64,000 nucleotides of DNA from Sumerlaeia bacterium (GTDB lineage: Bacteria; Sumerlaeota; Sumerlaeia; SLMS01; JAHLLQ01). The first letter of the stretch is position 1; every line of letters starts with the position of its first letter. Below are positions 57,348 to 64,000 of the stretch, one piece after another. The notes under the pieces were generated by a model. It did no database searches, had not been told where the DNA came from, and saw nothing but the letters and a program-made list of their open reading frames with translations. Location of the stretch: the NCBI GenBank assembly GCA_040219255.1, contig JAVJSW010000037.1:96001-160000 (forward strand). The letters run 5' to 3'. Both the position numbers and the translations under genes were made by a program.

Positions 57348-57582
57348 GGGGCGGTGGCTCCTGAAGGTCGAGGGCGAATGTGCCCACAGCCGGGCGAAGA
57401 GATCAAGTGCGGATCGCTGGGCGGGAACCCGATGGCGCGCGGCGTGGGGCGGGGGAGAGGGGCGTGGGGCGATGAGTTCAGGCCACTTACGCCCGGGGGT
57501 GATTTTCGTCTTTACTTTGCCAGAGAAACGCTTTTTCTTCGTCTGAGAGAGAGACGAACGTTTCCGGACGGTGGTGGCATCG

Positions 57583-58206
57583 ATGTGGTTTTCCCTGCAA
57601 ATCTCCCGTGGCCTCTCCTCTCGCTTGCTGCGCGACCTCGCTCCGCTGGTGCGCCCCCCGGAAAGCGCTCTGTACTGCGTCGATGCGGTGAACGCCTTCG
57701 ATCCCTACGCCTTTGTCCAGGCGGCGCGGCTGTGGAAGGCGGACCCGGACGAGGTCCTGGGCCGGGTGTGGATCACGCGCACGTTCACCATTCATCAACT
57801 CTGTGCCGTGGCCGAGGACATGGTGCCGGCGCTTTTCGCCGAGGGGGCGGGCCCGCCGCCGGCCTTTGTGCTGCTGGGGCTGGACCATCTTTTTCGCGAG
57901 GAGTCGTTGCCCGAACGCGAGCGCGCCCTGGTGCTGAATCGGGTGCTGGCGGCGCTGGAGGGCCTGCCGGCGGAGGCGGAGCTGCTGATGACCTATGAGC
58001 CGCCGCCGACGCACGAGCCGTTCTGGCTGCCGTTGCGCGCGTTCGGCGGGGTGCGGGGGAGGGTTCGTCTCTTGTCGAACGAGGAACTTTGTCTGGAAAT
58101 TGAGGAGACGCCCGATGGGACGCACCGTACCGACTTTCAACATGTGGCTGCAAGAGGAGGAGGACTCCTGGCGTGCCTTTCGGCGAGCCTTGCGCGCGGA
58201 GCATAA
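57583..58206 (+). CDS. Inactive RadA/Rad51/RecA-fold protein (no Walker A), PolB2-associated
   Basis: YCVDAVNAFDPY...EVLGRVWITRTFTIHQL matches the RadA/RadB core (YID..F.P...L.RI.V.RA.T..Q); no GxxGxGKT; alternative GTG start at 57571. Confidence 0.75.
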   Translation: MWFSLQISRGLSSRLLRDLAPLVRPPESALYCVDAVNAFDPYAFVQAARLWKADPDEVLGRVWITRTFTIHQLCAVAEDMVPALFAEGAGPPPAFVLLGLDHLFREESLPERERALVLNRVLAALEGLPAEAELLMTYEPPPTHEPFWLPLRAFGGVRGRVRLLSNEELCLEIEETPDGTHRTDFQHVAARGGGLLACLSASLARGA

Positions 58207-58384
58207 GGGGGCCTTCGACCGCATTTTCACCCGCGCGCGGCGCCACAGCGCCGAATCCGCCGCCGCCGCCCGCGCCGTGCCGTTCGAGGCGCTGGTGTTC
58301 GCCGTGCTGCTGGAAATGGAGCTGGAACTCAAAGAACTGCGCGCGGAGCTGGAAGCCGCGCGGAAAGGCACCCCTGAACCATGA
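58115..58384 (+). CDS. Small helical PolB2-associated protein (arCOG07300-like)
   Basis: MGRTVPTF...W..FRRALR.E.K..FD.IF..AR.H...P.E signature; GAGGAG RBS upstream; ATGA overlap with polB. Confidence 0.8.
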   Translation: MGRTVPTFNMWLQEEEDSWRAFRRALRAEHKGAFDRIFTRARRHSAESAAAARAVPFEALVFAVLLEMELELKELRAELEAARKGTPEP

Positions 58385-60675
58385 ACGCGCAAGGCTGGCT
58401 TTTCGATCTCTACGCCCGCGGGCGTCAGATGGTGCTCTGGTTTGTGCTGGCCGATGGCGGGCGCCTGCGCCTGACCGATCCCTTCGCCCCGGCGGTGTAC
58501 CTCAGCGGCGCCGAGGCGGACGTGGCGGCCTGCGCCGCGCTCCTGGAACGCCACGGCGACGCGGAGGCGGACGGCTGGACCGAGCGGCGCGATTTCTGGA
58601 GCGGCTCCATGCAGCCGGTTTTCGCCGTGCGGCCCCTCGAACTCGACACCTGGCGGTTTCGCCTGCCCGAGTACGCCCACGAATTTCCGCTCCTGGAATG
58701 GTACAACGCCGATCTGCTGCCCGAGCAGCTGTATTGCTACGAGCGCGAACTGTTTCCCCTGATGCGCTGTGAGGTGGATTATGAGGGGACGGAGCTGAGG
58801 CGTCTCACCTCGCGCGACGACCGCTGGGCCATCGAATACGAACTGCCGCCGCTGCGCACCGCCGAGCTGTCGGGCGAGGGGCGGCTCCAGGGCAAGCGCT
58901 CCGTGCTGCGGTCGCTGACCATGGAGTGCGACGGCCGCGCCGTGACCTGGGACGAACCGGCCACGATTCTCGAAGCGTTTCAGGCGGCTCTGGACGATGC
59001 GGACCCGGACGTTTTGATGACGGCCCAGGGCGATGCGTTCTTGATTCCATTGCTCTTATCGATGGCGCGGCGAATGCGTTTCGATCTGCGGCTGGGGCGT
59101 GAATCGGCCGCCGAGGAGCGCCCCATCCGCACGGAAGGGCGGACGTATTTTTCCTATGGCCGGGTGCTCTATCAGGCGCCCGAGCACCAGCTTCTGGGCC
59201 GCTGGCATCTGGACCGGGCGAACAGTTTCGCCATCGCGCACAACGGCCTCGACGGGTTGGCGGAAACGGTGCGGCTCAGCCGAATCCCGCCGCAACGCGC
59301 GGCCCGGCGCTCCATCGGCACCGGCATCACATCGATCCAATTGGACATGGCCTATCGCGAGGGCTACCTGATTCCGTGGAAGAAGACGCAGCCCGAGGCG
59401 TGGAAGTCGGCGCGCCAGCTGCTCACCTCGGACCGGGGCGGCTTGGTGTACGCGCCCGATCCGGGGTTTCATGAAAACGTGGTGGAATTGGATTATATGT
59501 CCATGTACCCGAGCATTATGGCGTGGCGCAATGTGTCGCCGGAAACGGTGAATTGCGATTGCTGCTCGAACCGGACTGTGCCGGAAATCGGCTACACGAT
59601 CTGCGAGCGGCGGGCCGGTTTGGTTTCCCGTTCTCTCGCCCCCATTATCGAAAAGCGCCAAGGATTCAAGAAACTGCGGAAGGCGGCGAAAGAAAATGGT
59701 GATAAAGAGACTTATGATCGCTATCACGCACGCCAGGACGCCCTGAAATGGATGTTGGTTTGCTGTTTTGGCTACCTGGGTTATCGCAACGCCCGATTCG
59801 GCCGCATCGAAGCCCACGAAGCCGTCTCCGCCTATTCCCGCGAGGGGCTCCTGGTGGCGCGGGAGGTGGCGGAAGCCCACGGCTGGAGCGTCCTGCATGC
59901 CAACGTGGATTCGGTGTGGCTGAAAAAACCGGGCTTTCGCGACGAGGAAATCCCTTCGCTCTGCGATGCCATCAATGAAGCGAGCGGCCTGACGATTTCG
60001 CTGGAGGGCATTTATAAATGGGTGGTCTTTTTGCCATCCCGCCAGGTCCAGGACCGCCCCGTGCCGACCCGCTATTTCGGGGCGTTTCGCCATGGCGAAC
60101 TGAAATATCGTGGCATCGAATGCCGGCGGGGGGATTTGCCGATGTTTGTGAAAAAAGCGCAATTGGAGCTGCTGCATCGTCTCGCCGAGGCGGAAGACGA
60201 AAAAGACTATATCGCGATGTGTGAAGAGTTGAACGATCAAATCGACGAATGGGAGCAGCAATTGTGGCGCCGGGAAATTCCGCAGGAGGACCTCGTGATG
60301 CAGCAATCGCTCTCTCAGGACCCGGAAGAATATCGCGGCAATGGGCTTCAGGCGCTCGCCGCGCGGCAGTCGATGGCGGCGGGGCTGAATCTGCATGCCG
60401 GCGAATCGCTGCGCTACCTGATCACCTCGGCGGGCGACCCGGATCGGTCGCGGCGGGTGCGGCTGGAGCCCCTGTGGGATTTCGATACGACGTACGATCC
60501 GGCGGCCTACGTGAAGCTGCTGCGTCGGGCGATGAACACGCTGCTGTGGCCCACCGGCCATCAGCGCGACGAACACGCCATCCGGCCCCCCGGCGCGCCG
60601 CCGCCCGCCCCGCCCCGGCGCAAACGCCCGGGCCATCGCCAACTCGATTTGCTGGAAGGATTCGCGGCGCTATGA
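58381..60675 (+). CDS. polB: Family B DNA polymerase, archaeal PolB2-like
   Basis: Motif A LDYMSMYPS; motif B RQDALKWMLVCCFGYLGY; FGRIEAHE; variant motif C HANVDS; KYRGIECRRGD; degenerate exonuclease domain. Confidence 0.92.
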   Translation: MNAQGWLFDLYARGRQMVLWFVLADGGRLRLTDPFAPAVYLSGAEADVAACAALLERHGDAEADGWTERRDFWSGSMQPVFAVRPLELDTWRFRLPEYAHEFPLLEWYNADLLPEQLYCYERELFPLMRCEVDYEGTELRRLTSRDDRWAIEYELPPLRTAELSGEGRLQGKRSVLRSLTMECDGRAVTWDEPATILEAFQAALDDADPDVLMTAQGDAFLIPLLLSMARRMRFDLRLGRESAAEERPIRTEGRTYFSYGRVLYQAPEHQLLGRWHLDRANSFAIAHNGLDGLAETVRLSRIPPQRAARRSIGTGITSIQLDMAYREGYLIPWKKTQPEAWKSARQLLTSDRGGLVYAPDPGFHENVVELDYMSMYPSIMAWRNVSPETVNCDCCSNRTVPEIGYTICERRAGLVSRSLAPIIEKRQGFKKLRKAAKENGDKETYDRYHARQDALKWMLVCCFGYLGYRNARFGRIEAHEAVSAYSREGLLVAREVAEAHGWSVLHANVDSVWLKKPGFRDEEIPSLCDAINEASGLTISLEGIYKWVVFLPSRQVQDRPVPTRYFGAFRHGELKYRGIECRRGDLPMFVKKAQLELLHRLAEAEDEKDYIAMCEELNDQIDEWEQQLWRREIPQEDLVMQQSLSQDPEEYRGNGLQALAARQSMAAGLNLHAGESLRYLITSAGDPDRSRRVRLEPLWDFDTTYDPAAYVKLLRRAMNTLLWPTGHQRDEHAIRPPGAPPPAPPRRKRPGHRQLDLLEGFAAL

Positions 60676-61481
60676 TTCTGATGGGGACGTCGGGTTTTTC
60701 CTACGAGGATTGGCGCGGGCCGTTTTATCCGGCGGGCCTCGGCAAGAACCGCATGCTCGACGCCTATGCGGAGGTCTTTCCGGCGGTGGAAATCAACGCC
60801 ACCTACTACCGCACGCCGGGCCAGCGCACCGCCGAGGGGCTGGTCGAGCGCGCCGCCGGGCGCCTACGCTTCGCCATCAAAGCCCCCGGCGACCTGACGC
60901 ACAAACGGCGGCTGGACGCGGAAACGCTCGTGCCCTACCGGCGCTTTCTCGAGCCCTTTCGCCAGGCCGAATGTCTCGACGCGATCCTGTTTCAGTTCCC
61001 GAACGCCCTGCGCAATTCGGCGCCGTCGCGGGAGTTTCTCCGGCATGTGCATCAGGAATTCGGCGATTTGCCGCTCGCTTTCGAATTCCGTCACGAATCC
61101 TGGGACCACGACGATGTGGACGATCAGTTGCGGACGTGGGCGGTGTCGCGGGTGGGGGTGGATCAACCGGACCTGCCGGGTCTCTCGCGGTCGCGGCGTT
61201 TCGTGCGGACGGCGCCGCTGGCCTACGTGCGATTCCACGGGCGCAACGCCGCGGACTGGTACGGTCCGGATTCGGGGATGAATCGGTACACGTACACTTA
61301 CAATCAGGAGGAACTCTTCGAAACCGCCGCGCCGATCAAGGCCATGGCCGAGAAGGCGCAATCGACCTTCGTCTTCTTCAACAACCATCCAGAAGGCGGC
61401 GCCCCGCAAAACGCGCTGTTGCTCGGCCAACTCCTCGGTCTGCCGAGACGCCACAGCGAGCAGACGGACTTGTTCGGATAG
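60672..61481 (+). CDS. DUF72 (YecE/YunF-like) TIM-barrel protein
   Basis: GTSGFSYEDW.G.FYP, VEINATYY, FAIKA..LTH, LFQFP, EFRH.SW, YVRFHGRN, FFNN; ATGA overlap with polB. Confidence 0.93.
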   Translation: MILMGTSGFSYEDWRGPFYPAGLGKNRMLDAYAEVFPAVEINATYYRTPGQRTAEGLVERAAGRLRFAIKAPGDLTHKRRLDAETLVPYRRFLEPFRQAECLDAILFQFPNALRNSAPSREFLRHVHQEFGDLPLAFEFRHESWDHDDVDDQLRTWAVSRVGVDQPDLPGLSRSRRFVRTAPLAYVRFHGRNAADWYGPDSGMNRYTYTYNQEELFETAAPIKAMAEKAQSTFVFFNNHPEGGAPQNALLLGQLLGLPRRHSEQTDLFG

Positions 61482-61497
61482 TGGCTCAAAAAGGTGA

Positions 61498-61594
61498 CAC
61501 GGGCGTCTGAGCCCGTGCCGAAGACTCTGTGTAAGCCAAGACTTTTCAGTGATCGAGGAAGCGTGGCAGGTCATGGGCGGGACGCCCATGGTAC
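61498..61594. repeat. Pair of REP-like palindromes between convergent genes
   Basis: CACGGGC-GTCTGA-GCCCGTG (61498-61517) and CATGGGCG-GGA-CGCCCATG (61572-61590). Confidence 0.55.
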
Positions 61595-61599
61595 ATAGG

Positions 61600-62343
61600 T
61601 CAGTACTCCACAACCTCGGTGCCCTCGGGGAACTTGGTCTCGAACTTGTCTTCCGGAATGTCGGCGTTGAATTCGACTTCCTTGAGGTTCACCGTCACGA
61701 CGTCTTCTTCTTCTTCGAGGACGAGGACCATCGGCTCCAACTCGGCCGTGTCGAAGGTGATGGTGATCTTGGAGTAGCCGAGCGTGCGGTCGAGATCGCG
61801 GGAGACGAAATCGACGATCAGCAGGTTTTCCTCGGCCGGCTGGATCGGCGCCAGCTTGACGTCGAACAGTTCGAGGATGCGTTCGGTCTGAACGCCAAAG
61901 CCCACCAGCATCTGGTTGATGGGGGCGCCGTCGCCGCTTTCCAGGGTGTACTTTTCGACCTGCTTGAGTTCCGGCGTGTAGGTGGTGAGGTCGTTGCCGA
62001 GCATGTAGAAACTCATCCGCGTCGGCTCATAGTAGTCGCAGCGGAACTTGCTGGGCTTCTTGTACCAGAACTCGCCGTTGCTGTGGATTTCGTCGAGGAA
62101 CATCGTGTTGATGCGGGTTTGCTCGAACACGCCGTGGAGCGTGGTGACGTCCTTGTTTTTTTCTTCGATTTTGCGCAGGAAAGTTTCCGCCTGCTCGCGC
62201 AACTCCTGGGGCGTGACGACCTTGGGGGTGGTGGCGGCGGCGGGAGTGGCCGGGGCGGATTCCTGAGCCCAGGCGGCTCCTCCGGCGAAAAGGGCCAAGG
62301 AGAGTGCGAAGGCGGCAGCGATATGTTTCAATGAGGTAGTCAT
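61600..62343 (-). CDS. Outer-membrane lipoprotein carrier LolA-like protein
   Basis: Signal peptide; FEQT...GEFWYKKPSKFRCDY, YTPELKQV, N.DIPEDKF...P.GTEV. Confidence 0.85.
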   Translation of the reverse strand: MTTSLKHIAAAFALSLALFAGGAAWAQESAPATPAAATTPKVVTPQELREQAETFLRKIEEKNKDVTTLHGVFEQTRINTMFLDEIHSNGEFWYKKPSKFRCDYYEPTRMSFYMLGNDLTTYTPELKQVEKYTLESGDGAPINQMLVGFGVQTERILELFDVKLAPIQPAEENLLIVDFVSRDLDRTLGYSKITITFDTAELEPMVLVLEEEEDVVTVNLKEVEFNADIPEDKFETKFPEGTEVVEY

Positions 62344-62515
62344 TTCTGGTTCGGTCCTTTAGCGGAAAAGGGCGGGATCGCGATTAAGGAGGCGACCTTG
62401 ACGCCAATCTGGGAGATCAGACGAGACGGCGGCAAGGTTTGTTCCCGTCAATTTTGAGCGCCAAGTTCGTCATTGCGGTTGCCTCGCCCCGGGCCGCCTG
62501 TGTCCCGTTACGGCC

Positions 62516-64000
62516 ATGAACGCGCCCGCCGCCGCTCCGTCTGAACGCCATGAACTCGACCTCTCGCCCCTGGGTTTGGATTGGCGCGGGCTCTTGCCAT
62601 TCGCTCTGGCGGTGGCGGTTTTTTCGGCGCTGGCAGGGCGTTATTGGTACGTGGTGATGGACGATCCCTACATCACCTTCCGGTACGCGCGCAACGTGCT
62701 GGCGGGCGACGGATGGGCCTTCAATCCGGGCCAGCCGCTCGAGGGCTACTCGAACTTCTTGTGGCTTGTGCTGTCGATGGTGCCCATCGCCATGGGGATC
62801 GAGCCCCTCGGTGCCATGCGGGTGGCGGGGATCGGGTTCGCCGTGGGGCTGTTGGCGTGGCTGTGCTTTGCGCCGAGGGGCTGGGGACGGTATCGGCTGG
62901 CGGCGCCGTTGCTGGCGTCGTGCTATCCGTTCGCGGTGTGGGCCATCGGGGGATTGGAAACGCCGATGTACGCGCTGTTGGCCTTCGCGGCGGTGGTCTT
63001 CACGAATCGCACGGTGCATGGGCCGGGGCGGGGGAGCACGGCGGCGCTGGCGGCGAGTTTGCTCGCGGTGGCGCTCTCGCGGCCCGAAGGCGCTATGGTG
63101 CTGGCTTTGCCGCTGGTGGCGCTGGTTTGCGCGCGAGGCGGGGCGAGGCGCCATCTGCTGGCGGCTATTGCGGTTTTCGCCGCCGGGTTTGCGGTCTACA
63201 CGCTATGGCGGCTCGCGACCTTTGGCACGATGATCCCCAACACGGTTTCCGCCAAGGTCGGCGGGTCGCCGGTGCGGTCGGCGGTGGCGGGGATCAAGTA
63301 CACGGCGGCCTATTTTCTGGCTCCGCCGCTGGTTTTGTTGGGCTTGGCGGTGTGGGGTGCCTGGAAAGACCGCAGTCATCGCCCCCTCTTTTTGATCGGC
63401 GGAACCTGGGTGGGACTACAGATTCTTTTCACCATTCTGGTCGGAGGAGACTGGATGCCCGGCATGCGGTTTCTGGTACCGATGCTGCCGGTGCTGTGTG
63501 TTCTGGCGGCGATTGGGTTGTATCGCCTGCCGCGGTGGGCGTGGGTGGCGGTGCCGGCGGTCTTGATTCTGGCGGCGCCGATTCACGCCCGGTTCGAGGC
63601 GATTCAGGGCTGGCGTCCGCTCGAGTGGGCGCGGCGCAACGCCTGGGACCCGGATGTGCCGGGGCGGCGGGCGCTGATTATCGAGCAACCGCTGCGCATG
63701 GGCCGCGACATCGCCGCGATCGTTCCAACCGGCGAGACCATCGCGCTGACCGAGGCGGGGGCCGTGCCCTGGGTGGCGGACCGGCCGGTGATCGACATGT
63801 TGGGGCTGGTGGACGCGGAGATCGCGCAGGTCGGCGGCGCGCTGCACGAGGCTTTCGACGCACAGAGTGTCTTGCGCCGCGAACCGGACTGGATTCTGCT
63901 GGGGGTGGTGGAGCCGGAACCGGGGACGATGACAGGCGTTTGGCCGCCGGACCAGCAAATCCTGCTAGCGCCGGGCTTTCAAAGCGCTTACGCAGAGGCC
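62516..64000 (+). CDS. GT-C-type membrane glycosyltransferase (AftB-like), partial at the window end
   Basis: Not in the ORF track because it has no stop in the window; translated manually: DDPYITFRYARN...FNPGQPLEGYSNFLW, GLET, SRPEG, PNTVSAK, GGDWMPGMRFLVP, DMLGLVD. Confidence 0.85.
   Translation, partial: MNAPAAAPSERHELDLSPLGLDWRGLLPFALAVAVFSALAGRYWYVVMDDPYITFRYARNVLAGDGWAFNPGQPLEGYSNFLWLVLSMVPIAMGIEPLGAMRVAGIGFAVGLLAWLCFAPRGWGRYRLAAPLLASCYPFAVWAIGGLETPMYALLAFAAVVFTNRTVHGPGRGSTAALAASLLAVALSRPEGAMVLALPLVALVCARGGARRHLLAAIAVFAAGFAVYTLWRLATFGTMIPNTVSAKVGGSPVRSAVAGIKYTAAYFLAPPLVLLGLAVWGAWKDRSHRPLFLIGGTWVGLQILFTILVGGDWMPGMRFLVPMLPVLCVLAAIGLYRLPRWAWVAVPAVLILAAPIHARFEAIQGWRPLEWARRNAWDPDVPGRRALIIEQPLRMGRDIAAIVPTGETIALTEAGAVPWVADRPVIDMLGLVDAEIAQVGGALHEAFDAQSVLRREPDWILLGVVEPEPGTMTGVWPPDQQILLAPGFQSAYAEA

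Noticed and set aside
57583-61481. Prophage, casposon or pipolin origin of the PolB
   Set aside because: No integrase, Cas1, terminal repeats or virion genes; the motifs are PolB2-type rather than protein-primed or primer-independent PolB.

Overview
GC-rich bacterial chromosomal window, mostly housekeeping and envelope genes: oadB-like decarboxylase beta subunit, dxs, xseB, lpxA, era, glmS, cdsA, thiE-like, exbB/exbD, tsaB, hflX, a lolA-like gene, several glycosyltransferases, a pullulanase, signalling proteins and four tRNAs (2x fMet, Met, Lys). Several protein signatures suggest Candidatus Sumerlaeota (BRC1) or a relative: a C-terminal VxxWxLY tail, the A|FTLIELLIVVAIIAILAAIAVPNFLEAQ pseudopilin, an HRDLKPxQ kinase and dockerin-like tails. 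This taxonomy is inference only. The most striking locus is a four-gene overlapping cassette at 57.6-61.5 kb: a Walker-A-less RadA/RecA-fold protein, a small MGRTVPTF helical protein, an archaeal-type PolB2 DNA polymerase and a DUF72 protein. Both PolB2 and DUF72 end in bacterial beta-clamp-binding-like motifs, so this is a candidate PolB2-based mutasome or repair module. Other notable items: a FolK-TsaE fusion; a Panacea toxin-antitoxin pair next to the tRNA-Met cluster whose toxin is cut by an in-frame amber codon; a kinase with 16 WD40 repeats and tandem CBM20-like domains; a REC-PP2C protein with a degenerate active site; non-cellulosomal cohesin/dockerin proteins; and several REP-like intergenic repeats. 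No CRISPR array, rRNA, integrase or transposase was seen. All family assignments come from motif recognition by eye; no searches were run.
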